Of a stretch of 64,000 nt of DNA, positions 33,698-43,862 are shown piece by piece. This DNA is from an uncultured delta proteobacterium (GTDB lineage Bacteria > Myxococcota > Myxococcia > Myxococcales > Myxococcaceae). The notes under the pieces are model-generated. The model saw nothing but the letters and a program-made list of their open reading frames with translations. It made no database searches and was not told where the DNA came from. The DNA is taken from NCBI GenBank assembly GCA_963796055.1, contig CAWCKH010000004.1:3072001-3136000 (forward strand), written 5' to 3'. The first letter of the stretch is position 1; each line of letters starts with the position of its first letter. The translations under genes and the position numbers were made by a program.

Positions 33698-34810
33698 TCA
33701 GACCAGATAACCGGTGAAGAACAGCCGTCCCATCTCCTCGGCCAGCACCGCGAGCCAGACCAGCAGCGGCCCCAGCACCCAGACCGGCAGGTCGATCAAG
33801 AGGAGCAGCACCGGCAGCACCAGCGCGTCCGAGCGGTAGAGGCTCACGCCCCGGCCCACCACCAGCGGGAAGATCCAGGACACCAGCGCTGCCAGCCCCG
33901 CCCAGCACCGGACGGCACCCGCACGGCGGCGCATCGCCACCCCGCTCCCGAGCCCGAGCAGCACCAGCCCGGCGACGGTGAGCGTCTGGGCTCCGAGCGT
34001 TCTCGCCCGCGGGTCGGACGCGGGATCGAACGCCGGTCTGACCACCCCGAGGAACGCCTCCAGCGGCCGCGCCATCGCCGGGAAGCCCTTCCTGTGCACC
34101 CAGTAGAACGCATCCCAGCGCCCGAGCAGGAGCTGGTGCACCACCAGCACCAGCAGGAGCCCGCAGGCGGCGATGCCCCCGGCGACCACCGCCGGGCGGA
34201 GCGCGCGCGTCCGCAGCCACGCCGCCACTGCATTCGGGCCAGACACCAGCACGCCGGTGACGTAGGACAGCGCGACCCCTGCGCCGAACAGCCCGGCGAG
34301 CGCCCATCGCTCGCGCGCGATGCAGACCCCCACCAGCACCAGACACAACAACGCCAGCGAGGTGGGGAAGATTGCGTGCTGGTACACCGCGCCCGGGAAC
34401 GCCGCCGCCATTCCGAGTACCAGCCACCCGCGCGCCCCACGGGAGCGCAGGAACCCGTTCCACAGCGCCACCAGCATCCCCAGCGCGCCCAGCCCCGACA
34501 CCCAGACGCCTGCCGTGGCCGGCGCGACCCCGAGCGCGATCCACGGCCTCAGCATCCACGGGTACAGCGGAAACCATGCCGCGTTCCCGCAGACGTCCTC
34601 CGGTCGTCCGCCGATCCGTGCGCAGGAGAAGTACTCGTATCCCGTCGTGGCGATCGCCAGGTAGTGACCGCTGTCCCACCGGGACCAGCTCCCGGGCCGC
34701 CCGGCGTCGAACCCGACCGCCGCCGCGGCCTCCCGGAACAGGAGTCGAACGGCGATGAACACGGCGAGCGGCGGGAGAAGTGCCGCGCTCGCCCGCAGCG
34801 CTCGATTCAC
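33698..34810 (-). CDS. Polytopic membrane protein, GT-C mannosyltransferase (PIG-V)-like
   Basis: RWDSGHYLAIATTGY, AWFPLYP; many TM helices. Confidence 0.7.
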   Translation of the reverse strand: MNRALRASAALLPPLAVFIAVRLLFREAAAAVGFDAGRPGSWSRWDSGHYLAIATTGYEYFSCARIGGRPEDVCGNAAWFPLYPWMLRPWIALGVAPATAGVWVSGLGALGMLVALWNGFLRSRGARGWLVLGMAAAFPGAVYQHAIFPTSLALLCLVLVGVCIARERWALAGLFGAGVALSYVTGVLVSGPNAVAAWLRTRALRPAVVAGGIAACGLLLVLVVHQLLLGRWDAFYWVHRKGFPAMARPLEAFLGVVRPAFDPASDPRARTLGAQTLTVAGLVLLGLGSGVAMRRRAGAVRCWAGLAALVSWIFPLVVGRGVSLYRSDALVLPVLLLLIDLPVWVLGPLLVWLAVLAEEMGRLFFTGYLV

Positions 34811-36729
34811 GCGGGCTCGAGCGCCCGCACCACCAGCTCGAGGTCCGTGTCCAGGTGGGGCAGCTCCATCAGGAGGGCGTCCGGATCGTAGACGAACTCC
34901 GTCGCCCGGGCCCGGAGGATCTGCGTCAACGCCTCCTCGCCACGGCCCTCGTCGGCTCCAGCCCACACCACCCGCCCGCGCTCGAACTGGAGCAGTCCCT
35001 CGGTCCCGTCGGCGCGGAGCACGAGGCGCCCCGACTTGCGTCCACTCCCCAGGATGCGGAGGACGTCCCGGGGCGGCAGCTCGTCGGCGGTGCCCTGGAC
35101 GATGCGCGCCGGCGCCCCCCGATCGATCCTCTCCCGGAGGGCCTCGACGACGCGGGCGGCGAGGTCGGGCGGCTCGTCCATCCCCAGCAGCGCGCTGACC
35201 CCGGACTGGAGCAGCCGCTCCGAGCCGGCCTCGTCCACCGGCCCAGTGACGAGGAGCGGCGTCCCTGCGAGTCGCGGATCGGATCGCAGCTGCACCGCCG
35301 CGTCCGCCAGCTCGGGGAGGCCGAGCGCCACCGAGAACAGCCACAGGTCCGTCCCCGGGGCTGCCTCCACCGCCCCGTCCAGTGTGCTGGTGGCGTGCAC
35401 CACCAGCCCCTTCCTCCCCAGCGCGTGCACCACTGCGTCGCGGCGTGCTGGCTCCGGGTCGGCGACCAGGACCTGCCGTCCGTCGCTCTCCAGCCGCCGG
35501 CGCAGCAGCTCGCCCGAGTGGAGCAGCTCGAGCATCTCCACCACCCGGGGGTCGAACAGCTTTCCGGCCTGCTCGGCCATGTAGCTGAGCGCCTGCTCGC
35601 GGGTGAAGAGCCGGCCGAAGCCGTTCCCCGGGTTCCGGGTGAGGTCCAGCCAGCTGTCCACCGCGGCGAGGATCCGCGCCCCGACGGCGATGTCCTCGCC
35701 GTGCGCGCCCTGCGGCGTCCCCGAGCCGTCCCAGGCCTCGTAGAGCTGGGCCAGGGTCGCGCCGACCTGCGCGGGGAGGTGCACCGACTCGAACATGTGC
35801 ACCGGCGCCAGCGCCAGCTTCTTGGCCTCGGCCTTCCACTCGGGGTTTCGCGCGGTGCCGGCCAGGGTGAGGTGCACCGCTCCCTTGCCCAGGTCGTGGA
35901 GGAACGCAGCCAGAGCCACGCAGGTGACCTCGCGGCCCGGAAGCGCCAGGCGCATCGCCACCAGAGAGGCCTGACGGGCCAGCTGTGCCGAGTGGCCCCG
36001 CATCTCCCCGCGGCTCCGCTCGAGCTGGTCCACCAGCACCCGGAGGGTTTCCAGATAATCGTTCTGGTCCACGGCGCCGCGGCCAGCGACCAGCCCGCTC
36101 TCGCCGGTGGTGGGGCGGCTGCTCCGGCCGGCCGGTGTGCGGGCCTGGCTGCTCTCGCCTCGAAGCCGCAGCGGGACGGGCGGAACCTGCCGGCTGCTGC
36201 CGGCCGACTCGTACGCTGCGGCGATGCCCGCGAGGTCGGCCCGGCTCGCCCGCGGCCCGGTGGTGAGCGAGGCGAAGGCGGTGTTGTCGGCGTAGTAGTG
36301 CTTCTGGATGCCGGCGCGCACCACGCTGCGCAGCGCGATGTACGCGTAGACCTCGTCCACGTCGGCGATCGAGGCCACGTCCCGCAGGAGCTTCTCGTTC
36401 TGGGGCTCGGCGGCGACGATGGAGAGGATGCGTCGCTCGTCGTCCACCGCCAGCGGCAGGAAGTGGTGGGCCTCGGCGAGGCGGACGGGGACCCTGTCCA
36501 GCAGCTCGCTGGGGATCTGCGCCCGGGAGAGCTTCTCCGCCGAGACGTAGCGGGTCTTCAGCTCCGAGGCGAGGAAGCGCAGGAGCGCGGCCTCACCGAG
36601 CAGCCCCATCTCCACCAGCGAGTCACCGAGTCGGTGGCCGGTCAGGCGCTGCTGCTCCAGCGCTTGCTCCACGGCCTCGCGCGACACCAGGCCGGCGGCG
36701 ACGAGGCGATCTCCGAGCTTCGGGCTCAT
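34807..36729 (-). CDS. MshEN + degenerate HD-GYP + receiver-like + DUF4388 protein
   Basis: KLGDRLVAAG..RLGDSLVEMG; LHDLGK, YEAWDGSGTP; RKSGRLVL..FERGRVV. Confidence 0.8.
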   Translation of the reverse strand: MSPKLGDRLVAAGLVSREAVEQALEQQRLTGHRLGDSLVEMGLLGEAALLRFLASELKTRYVSAEKLSRAQIPSELLDRVPVRLAEAHHFLPLAVDDERRILSIVAAEPQNEKLLRDVASIADVDEVYAYIALRSVVRAGIQKHYYADNTAFASLTTGPRASRADLAGIAAAYESAGSSRQVPPVPLRLRGESSQARTPAGRSSRPTTGESGLVAGRGAVDQNDYLETLRVLVDQLERSRGEMRGHSAQLARQASLVAMRLALPGREVTCVALAAFLHDLGKGAVHLTLAGTARNPEWKAEAKKLALAPVHMFESVHLPAQVGATLAQLYEAWDGSGTPQGAHGEDIAVGARILAAVDSWLDLTRNPGNGFGRLFTREQALSYMAEQAGKLFDPRVVEMLELLHSGELLRRRLESDGRQVLVADPEPARRDAVVHALGRKGLVVHATSTLDGAVEAAPGTDLWLFSVALGLPELADAAVQLRSDPRLAGTPLLVTGPVDEAGSERLLQSGVSALLGMDEPPDLAARVVEALRERIDRGAPARIVQGTADELPPRDVLRILGSGRKSGRLVLRADGTEGLLQFERGRVVWAGADEGRGEEALTQILRARATEFVYDPDALLMELPHLDTDLELVVRALEPA

Positions 36730-36794
36730 CCTTGATTGTCAGGGATTCTGCCGGATCCAGCCCGAAGGAAGAATTGCCGCCCCCCTGGTTTCTT

Positions 36795-38111
36795 TCACCC
36801 ATCCGGAGGTCGTTCCGACACGGGGGTCTCGGCCGACTCGGACGGTGGGGCCTGGCTCGTGGGTGGGGCGGTCTCTCCAGTGAGGGTCTCGAGGGGCTTG
36901 AAGCTCAGCTTGGCCCCGGTGGCCGGCGGCGGCGTCGTCGACGGAGCGGGTCCGCGCTGCCGCTTGCGCTTCTCGGTGCGCCGCCCCCGTCCCTCCACCG
37001 GCGAGCGCCCGCGGGCGGTGGGCGCCGGGCCCTTCCAGAGGTGCCGGTCGTAGAGCTTGGTCTGCTCGGTCCAGGTCTCGCCCGGATCACGGGCCATGAG
37101 ATCGAGCCAGCTGTCGATGCGCGAGTCGAGCGAGTCGATGGCATGGACCACGAACGCCTCGAGGGTCATCGGCACCTTGGGCGAGCCGTACTCGAGCTGC
37201 CCATGGTGGGCGAGGACCCCGTGCGTGAGGTGGGCCTCGAGCAGCGGCGGGAAGTCCGGGATGCGGGCGGCCTTCGCGCGAATGTCCTGCGCGGTGAGGA
37301 CGATGTGCCCGACCAGCCGACCCTCGTCGGTGTAGCGGGTGTTGCCGCCGTCCCAGGCGAGCTCGTGCACCTTGCCGATGTCGTGGAGCAGCGCCCCGGC
37401 GACCACCAGATCTCGATCCAGCATCGGGTAGTGATCCGCCACGCGATGGCCCAGGCGCATGACCGAGAGGATGTGCTCGGCGAGACCGCCGCGGTGTGCG
37501 TGGTGGATCCCCTTGGCCGCCGGGGCTGCAGGGAGCCGCTGGGCGACCACCGGATCGTCGAGGAAGGCGAGGAGGAGCGCCTTCACGTGCGGATCGCCCA
37601 CCCGCTCCACCAGCTCGCGGATCTGCCCCACCGCGCGGGCACCGTCCGCCGTCGGCCGGGGCGATTCGTGCCCGGGCCGCGTGGGGGCGGGAGCGGCGGG
37701 GTGGGCCGTGCTCGCGGCCGGGGGGCTCGGGGGCGGAGGAGGCGGTGGGGGAACCTCGAACTCCGCCGGGTCGATCGGCTCGGGGTCGAGCCGGTCCACG
37801 TGCTCGAGGAGGATCTGCGGCTTGCCCTGGAAATGGGTCACGTGACCGCGAACCAGGACCAGATCTCCGGCCTGGAACGTGGGCTCGACCGCGTCGACCT
37901 GGTCGAACACCCGGGCGTCCACCTCGCCGGTCCGGTCCCCGAGGCCCACCACCAGGAAGGCCTTTCCGCTCCGGGCGGTGGCGCGCGCCTTCCGGGTGAC
38001 CTTGAACACGGTGTGGACCGGCTGCTTGTCGCGCAGGTCGCGCACGTAGACCTTGCGCACCACCTCGTCGCCGGGTGCTGTCTCGCTGGAGCTCACGTCG
38101 TTCGGGGTCAC
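36795..38111 (-). CDS. YhaM/Cbf family 3'-5' exoribonuclease (OB + HD)
   Basis: DRTGEVDARVF, PAAKGIHHA..GGL, LHDIGK, HHG.LEYGSP. Confidence 0.9.
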   Translation of the reverse strand: MTPNDVSSSETAPGDEVVRKVYVRDLRDKQPVHTVFKVTRKARATARSGKAFLVVGLGDRTGEVDARVFDQVDAVEPTFQAGDLVLVRGHVTHFQGKPQILLEHVDRLDPEPIDPAEFEVPPPPPPPPSPPAASTAHPAAPAPTRPGHESPRPTADGARAVGQIRELVERVGDPHVKALLLAFLDDPVVAQRLPAAPAAKGIHHAHRGGLAEHILSVMRLGHRVADHYPMLDRDLVVAGALLHDIGKVHELAWDGGNTRYTDEGRLVGHIVLTAQDIRAKAARIPDFPPLLEAHLTHGVLAHHGQLEYGSPKVPMTLEAFVVHAIDSLDSRIDSWLDLMARDPGETWTEQTKLYDRHLWKGPAPTARGRSPVEGRGRRTEKRKRQRGPAPSTTPPPATGAKLSFKPLETLTGETAPPTSQAPPSESAETPVSERPPDG

Positions 38112-38174
38112 GGGAGGGCGGACCCTACCAGACCCGTGCGCACCGGGGGTCTGGCGAGTTAGGAAGTCCGGAGG

Positions 38175-38900
38175 TTGATCCTCCCGCTCCGCGACAGCGT
38201 CCGGTCGAGCACCGCACCCGTGGTGGTGTGGGGGCTCATCGTCGTCAACGTGCTGGTGTTTCTCCACGAGCTGAGCCTGGGCAGACAGCTCGACGCCTTC
38301 ATCGAGGTGTTCGGTTTCATCCCGCTGCGCTTCTTCGGTTGGGAGCAGGCGGGCGGTGCGTCGCTCGATCCCTGGCGCTTCGTGCCCCTGCTCACCGCGA
38401 ACTTCCTGCACGGTGGCTGGCTCCACATCCTCGGCAACATGTGGTTCCTGGGCGTCTTCGGCGACAACGTCGAGGACGCGTTCGGCCACCTCCGCTTCCT
38501 CTTCTTCTATCTGTTCTGCGGCGCCTGCTCGATGCTGATCCAGGGCCTGGTGCTCCCCACGTCCAGCGTCCCGGCCCTGGGCGCCTCGGGCGCGATCGCC
38601 GGCGTGCTCGGGGCCTATCTGGTGCTCTACCCCGGAGCCCGGGTGCTGACCCTGGTCGTCATCTTCCCCGTCGAGCTGCCCGCGGTGGTCCTGCTCGGGC
38701 TGTGGTTCGTCAGCCAGCTCCTGAACGGATCCGCCTCACTGTCCCCGGGGGCAGGGGCTGCGGCGGCCGGAGTCGCCTGGTGGGCGCACGTCGGTGGGTT
38801 CGTGGTGGGGATGGCCCTGGCGGTGTTGCTGAGGAAGGACCGGGGGCCACGGCCACAGCGCGACTGGACGACCCGCCCGCCGCGCGGGCTGTGGACATAA
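38175..38900 (+). CDS. Rhomboid family intramembrane serine protease
   Basis: FLHGGWLHILGNM, GASGAIAG, AHVGG. Confidence 0.95.
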   Translation: MILPLRDSVRSSTAPVVVWGLIVVNVLVFLHELSLGRQLDAFIEVFGFIPLRFFGWEQAGGASLDPWRFVPLLTANFLHGGWLHILGNMWFLGVFGDNVEDAFGHLRFLFFYLFCGACSMLIQGLVLPTSSVPALGASGAIAGVLGAYLVLYPGARVLTLVVIFPVELPAVVLLGLWFVSQLLNGSASLSPGAGAAAAGVAWWAHVGGFVVGMALAVLLRKDRGPRPQRDWTTRPPRGLWT

Positions 38901-38925
38901 GTCAAGGCGCCGCAGTCGCGGGTTG

Positions 38926-39555
38926 TCAGCGGCGCCACTCGAGCGGGATCGCTTCGCGGGCCGCGGCGCGCTCCAGGTCCTGCAGCTCCTCCCGCGCCGC
39001 CCCGAGGGCGTACTCATCCTCCTCGAGCTGGACCTTGAGGGAGGTGTAGCGGCTGTCCACCACCACGTTCCCCGCGTAGTCGTAGGAGGTGAGGTCCTGA
39101 CCCGGGAGCTTCGCCAGCGCCTCGCGGGTCCGCTGCGTCTTGCGCTCGGCCCGCTTCACCTTCTCGTTGGCCTTGCGAAACATCGTCCGCCACTGCTCCT
39201 CGGTGACCTTCTCGTCCTCGCGGGGAGCCCGGATCGTCTCCTCGATCGGCTGGGGCGGTGGAGGCTGCGGATCGGCAGGGGGCCTCTTCCCCTCCGGGGG
39301 TTCCGGCTCGCCCGGCTTGGCCCCCGGGCGGTCGACCTCGACGCCGGGGATCGCGCTGCGCGGGGCGACGGCGTCCGGGGTTCCGCCCTCGAGCTTCCGG
39401 ACGGTGCGCCGGGCCTTCTCCGGGATACTGGCGATGTCGTTGGTGTAGTGCGCCTCGCCCGAGGAGTCGGTCCAGACGTACACGTCGTCGGCGTGCGCGG
39501 TCGCGGCGTGCAGCACCAGCGCCAGCGCGGCGGAGCGGAGGAGACGGCGGCTCAT
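38926..39555 (-). CDS. DUF4124 domain secreted protein
   Basis: Signal peptide then VYVWTDSSGEAHYTN; coiled-coil C-terminus. Confidence 0.8.
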   Translation of the reverse strand: MSRRLLRSAALALVLHAATAHADDVYVWTDSSGEAHYTNDIASIPEKARRTVRKLEGGTPDAVAPRSAIPGVEVDRPGAKPGEPEPPEGKRPPADPQPPPPQPIEETIRAPREDEKVTEEQWRTMFRKANEKVKRAERKTQRTREALAKLPGQDLTSYDYAGNVVVDSRYTSLKVQLEEDEYALGAAREELQDLERAAAREAIPLEWRR

Positions 39556-39938
39556 CGACGGCGGGAGTCTACCCGGTTCGACGAGCGCACCCGCGCCGCC
39601 CGGAGCGCCAGCCGGGTCGACAGCCACACCGCGACCAGGAGGGCGACACCCACCACCCAGTAGCTCCAGCCGGAGAAGATGCCGGTGACCGCCACCAGCG
39701 CCGAGGCGAGCGTCGCCCCCAGCTCGAGGCCACCGAGGACGCTGCCCGGCCGGAGCCCGGCGGCGGGCCGGACGTGGGCCTTCAGCGCCGAGTGCTCCGC
39801 CACCCGGACCCAGGCGGTCTGCCCGGGGACGAGCAGCTCGTCCTCGCCACCGACCAGCCCGTGGCGGAGCGCGTTGGCGATCTCGTACAGCGAGGCGAAC
39901 TCCAGCTCGCCCTCCGGAGTGCGGATGCGGTAGCTCAC
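39552..39938 (-). CDS. Hypothetical membrane protein
   Basis: YRIRTPEGELEF N-terminus, two TM helices, overlaps both neighbours. Confidence 0.65.
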   Translation of the reverse strand: MSYRIRTPEGELEFASLYEIANALRHGLVGGEDELLVPGQTAWVRVAEHSALKAHVRPAAGLRPGSVLGGLELGATLASALVAVTGIFSGWSYWVVGVALLVAVWLSTRLALRAARVRSSNRVDSRRR

Positions 39939-41536
39939 CCGAGCTCCTTCGCAATCTGCTCGGCGATGCGCAGCCCATCGATGGCGGAGCTCACGATGCC
40001 CCCGGCATACCCGCATCCCTCGCCCGAGGGGTAGAGGCCACCTACCGACACCGATTGCAGACGTTCGTCCCGGGGCAGCCGCACCGGGGAGCTGGTGCGG
40101 CTCTCGATGCCGATGAGCTTGCCCTCGGCGCTGACGAAGCCGCGCATCTTCTGGTCGAACCGGCGGAGCGCCGCCTTGATGGCGAGGGTCAGCTCGGGGG
40201 GGAAGAGCACGTTCAGGTCGGCGTGGGTGAGCCCGGGGCGGTAGCTCGTCGCGCCGGGCGGGGTTCCCTTCCGGCCGGCGAGGTAGTCGGGGATGGTCTG
40301 CGCCGGGGCGAAGAAGCGACCCCCGCCGAGCCGGTACGCCTGCTGCTCCCAGTGCCGCTGGAACTCCAGCCCGGCGAGCGGTCCGTGGAACCCGGCGCGG
40401 GCGAAGTCGGCAGGGGAGACCGAGACCACGATGCCGGCGTTGGCGAACCGGGCGTTGCGGCGGCTGTTGCTCATCCCGTTGGTGCACTGCAGCCCCTCCT
40501 CGGTGGGCGTGGGCACCACGAGGCCGCCCGGGCACATGCAGAAGGAGTAGACGCCGCGCATCTCCCCGCCGGCCTCGAAGTTCTCGGCCAGCTTGTAGTC
40601 GGCCGGGGGCAGCTCCGGATGCTGCGATGCGGCGCCGTACTGGATGGCGTCGATGAGGCCCTGCGGGTGCTCGGCACGAAAGCCGATGGCGAACGGCTTG
40701 GGCTCGATGGCCACCCGGTTGTCCCGGGCGAAGCGCTCGAAGAGCTCGCGGGCGCTGTTCCCCGGCGCGAGCACCACCCGGTCGCTGTCGAGCCGCGTGC
40801 CGTCGTGCAGGAGGACGCCGGCCGCCCGGCCCTCGGTGGAGAGCACGTCCTCCACCCGGGTCTCGAACCGGACCTCGCACCCGGCGGCGACCAGCTCGTC
40901 GCGGAGCCGGGCCACGGCGAAGGGCAGGAGGTCCGAGCCGATGTGCGGCTTGCCGTCCACCAGGATGCGCTCCGGCGCGCCGTAGCGGGCGAAGGTCTCG
41001 ATCACCTTGCGGACCAGCGGGTGGTTGATGCGGGTGCTGAGCTTTCCGTCGGTGTAGGCGCCCGCGCCGCCCTCGCCGAAGTTCATGTTGCTCTCGGGGT
41101 CGAGGCTCCCGTCGCGCATCAGGCGCGCCACGTCCTTGCGCCGCTGCACCACCTCGCGACCGCGCTCGAGGAGGACGGAGGGGACGCCGCGCTCGAGCAG
41201 CCCCAGCGCGCAGAACAGGCCCGCCGGACCCGTGCCCACGATGATCGGTCGGCGCTCGGGGGGTCGGACCTTCACCGGAGGGGGAGGGTCGGGCTCGGTC
41301 TCGGTCACTCCCGCCGGGAGCCGGACCGGCGCCCGGCCCTCGACGAACGTCACCTCGATGGTGTGGATGAACCGCGGTGCCCCCTTCTTCCGGGCATCGA
41401 GCACCGAGCGAACGGCCCGGACGGTGGCCAGGTCCTCGGGGCGGACGCCGAGCGACTCGGCCGCCCGGCGGCGAAGAAGCGTCTCCGGCTCGCCGAGCCA
41501 GAGCGGAACGTTGTGAATCCTGTAGGACAAGCCCAT
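39935..41536 (-). CDS. FAD/NAD(P)-dependent oxidoreductase
   Basis: IVGTGPAG, FGEGGAGAYTDGKL, PHIGSD, FCMCPGG, GEGCGYAGGI. Confidence 0.92.
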   Translation of the reverse strand: MGLSYRIHNVPLWLGEPETLLRRRAAESLGVRPEDLATVRAVRSVLDARKKGAPRFIHTIEVTFVEGRAPVRLPAGVTETEPDPPPPVKVRPPERRPIIVGTGPAGLFCALGLLERGVPSVLLERGREVVQRRKDVARLMRDGSLDPESNMNFGEGGAGAYTDGKLSTRINHPLVRKVIETFARYGAPERILVDGKPHIGSDLLPFAVARLRDELVAAGCEVRFETRVEDVLSTEGRAAGVLLHDGTRLDSDRVVLAPGNSARELFERFARDNRVAIEPKPFAIGFRAEHPQGLIDAIQYGAASQHPELPPADYKLAENFEAGGEMRGVYSFCMCPGGLVVPTPTEEGLQCTNGMSNSRRNARFANAGIVVSVSPADFARAGFHGPLAGLEFQRHWEQQAYRLGGGRFFAPAQTIPDYLAGRKGTPPGATSYRPGLTHADLNVLFPPELTLAIKAALRRFDQKMRGFVSAEGKLIGIESRTSSPVRLPRDERLQSVSVGGLYPSGEGCGYAGGIVSSAIDGLRIAEQIAKELG

Positions 41537-41680
41537 GGTGTTAGAGGCGAAGGTGGGTGGAAGCAATCCTCTGGGGTCCGGCGCACCCGGTTGGCAGTGC
41601 GCAGCGTCCTTCGCACCCCCGCGGCCCTGGTTCCGCGCACCTTTTGCGTGTTTCCAAGTGGTTACAATGATGGCCCACGG

Positions 41681-41695
41681 TGGCACGGGTGTGGC
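41681..41695 (+). promoter_or_regulatory. Candidate sigma-54 (-24/-12) promoter
   Basis: TGGCACG-GGTG-TGGC matches TGGCACG-N4-TTGC with one mismatch and correct GG/GC spacing. Confidence 0.55.
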
Positions 41696-41710
41696 AGCCT
41701 GCATTCGCCC

Positions 41711-41908
41711 GTGAGCACAGACGCCAAGGCCACCAAGATCCTCGCCAGGACGTTCTTCAACCAGCTGCGTTCGAGCGGTTACACCCCGACGCAGGTGATT
41801 GCAGTGGCGACGGAGTTGATCGACCTCGTCGCCACGGACATCCGGGATGCAGACAAGGCCCCGGTTGCCCCCTCGACAACTTCGGAGGAGAGCCGCCTGG
41901 CCGGCTAG
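41711..41908 (+). CDS. Small hypothetical protein (65 aa)
   Basis: ILARTFFNQLRSSGYTPTQVIAVATELIDLV; amphipathic helices, GC3-rich codons, fills the intergenic gap. Confidence 0.7.
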   Translation: MSTDAKATKILARTFFNQLRSSGYTPTQVIAVATELIDLVATDIRDADKAPVAPSTTSEESRLAG

Positions 41909-42033
41909 ACATCGGCGGGTGGTGCGTTAAGCTTTTGAAGGTTTCCCTCGACCGGACGCGCGCGTTCCGGACCGGTTCCGGGGCATAGGCCCGGGCGAGA
42001 GGAAGCAGTTTTTGGAAGGTGACCCTGCAGCCG

Positions 42034-42735
42034 TCACGTGGCCGCAGGGTTTTTTGTTGCCCGGTTGTTCCCGGCTTGCCCGGTCGCAGCGCGCGCCAGG
42101 GCCCGCTCCCGTGCGGCAGCGAGAGCCAGGACCAGGAGCCCCACCGTCATCGCGCTGAACACCGCGCTGGTGGTCCAGGTCGCCATCACCCCGGCCAGCC
42201 CGAGGCCCGCGGCGAAGGCCAGCGCGTCCTGGATCCAGGGCCGTGGACGATCGCGCATCAAGAGTGCCGCGCAGCCGGCCAGTGGCAGGCCAAACGCCAC
42301 CTGTCGCTGGATGCGGGGGACGTTGGCCACCACCGTGCCCCAGTTGTGCACCACCAGCGCGGCGAAGATGACCGCTGAGCCGATGGAGAGGACCAGCACC
42401 GCGGCGGCGGCGGCGTCCTTGGTGACCCGGGCCTTCTCGTCGAACTCCTGGGTGGCCAGATCGACCAACGTCTCCAGCGCGCTGTTGAGGATCTCGGCGA
42501 AGAACACCAGCAGCACGCAGAAGATGAGCGTGACCTTCTCCGCCAGGCCGAGCGGCAGCCCGCTCCCCACCAGGCCCACCAGGATGGCGGAGACGACGTG
42601 GACCTTCATGTTCGGCTGGTGCACCACCGTGTGGACCAGACCGTTCCAGGCGTGGCGGGCCGACGCCCAGAAGCCCTCACCCCGCCGGGGCGGGTAGGGC
42701 GGCTTGCGGAGGGGGACTGGGACCGGCGCGGTCAT
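42034..42735 (-). CDS. Diacylglycerol kinase (DgkA) family protein with extra TM region
   Basis: EILNSALETLVD, KDAAAAAVL. Confidence 0.88.
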   Translation of the reverse strand: MTAPVPVPLRKPPYPPRRGEGFWASARHAWNGLVHTVVHQPNMKVHVVSAILVGLVGSGLPLGLAEKVTLIFCVLLVFFAEILNSALETLVDLATQEFDEKARVTKDAAAAAVLVLSIGSAVIFAALVVHNWGTVVANVPRIQRQVAFGLPLAGCAALLMRDRPRPWIQDALAFAAGLGLAGVMATWTTSAVFSAMTVGLLVLALAAARERALARAATGQAGNNRATKNPAAT

Positions 42736-42834
42736 GGAGCGAGCGGCACAGAGTGAGTCCGTGGCAGGGAAGCAGTCAACGCGTCCCCTCCGGAGCGTTG
42801 AATTCCAGGCCCGCTTCTCCTAGAGGACCGCCTC

Positions 42835-43845
42835 ATGGCCACCATGAAAGTTGCGATCAACGGTTTTGGTCGGATCGGGCGCTGCATCCTCCGGGCGGCG
42901 CTGGCGCGGAAGGAGAACATCGACTTCGTCGCCATCAACGACCTCGACCCGGCAGCGACCATGGCCCACCTCTTCAAGTACGACTCGGTGCACCGCACCT
43001 GGCCGGGCGCGGTGTCGGCGACCGACAAATCGATGACCGTGGACGGGAAGACCATCGCCTTCACCGCCGAGAAGGATCCGACCAAGCTGCCCTGGAAGGC
43101 GATGGGCGTCGATCTCGTCCTGGAGTGCACCGGCCGGTTCGCCGACCGTGAGGGCGCCAGCCACCACCTGGCCGCGGGGGCGAAGAAGGTGATCATCTCT
43201 GCGCCGGCGAAAGGGCCGGACGTGACCCTGGCGTTCGGCGTGAACTCCGAGGCGTACGATCCGGCCAAGCACCAGATCCTCTCCGCCGCATCCTGCACCA
43301 CCAACTGCCTCGCTCCGACGGCGAAGGTCCTGCTCGACACCTTCGGCATCGAGAAGGGCCTGATGACCACTGTGCACAGCTACACCAACGACCAGCGCAT
43401 CCTGGACCTGACCCACAAGGATCTCCGGCGGGCCCGGGCGGCAGCGCTGTCGATGATTCCCACCAGCACCGGGGCGGCGAAGGCGATCGGCGACGTGCTC
43501 CCGGCGCTCAAGGGCAAGATGCACGGGGTGAGCGTCCGCGTGCCGACCCCGAACGTGAGCCTGGTGGACCTGACGGTCGTGCTGGGCAAGAAGGTCACCG
43601 CGGAGGAGATCAACGCCGCGTACCGGAAGGCGGCCGAGGGCGCGCTGAAGGGCGTGCTGGAGTACAGCGAGGCCCAGACGGTCTCGGTGGACTACAACGG
43701 CAACGCGCACTCGGCGATCCTCGACGCGACCAACACCTTCGTGGTCGACGGCAACCTGGCCAAGGTGATGGCCTGGTACGACAACGAGTGGGGCTTCAGC
43801 AACCGCATGGTGGACCTGACCAGGCTCGTGATCGCCAAGGGCTAG
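42835..43845 (+). CDS. gap: Glyceraldehyde-3-phosphate dehydrogenase
   Basis: INGFGRIGR, ASCTTNCL, STGAAKA, WYDNEWG. Confidence 0.99.
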   Translation: MATMKVAINGFGRIGRCILRAALARKENIDFVAINDLDPAATMAHLFKYDSVHRTWPGAVSATDKSMTVDGKTIAFTAEKDPTKLPWKAMGVDLVLECTGRFADREGASHHLAAGAKKVIISAPAKGPDVTLAFGVNSEAYDPAKHQILSAASCTTNCLAPTAKVLLDTFGIEKGLMTTVHSYTNDQRILDLTHKDLRRARAAALSMIPTSTGAAKAIGDVLPALKGKMHGVSVRVPTPNVSLVDLTVVLGKKVTAEEINAAYRKAAEGALKGVLEYSEAQTVSVDYNGNAHSAILDATNTFVVDGNLAKVMAWYDNEWGFSNRMVDLTRLVIAKG

Positions 43846-43862
43846 CGCCAGGGGAGGAGCCC

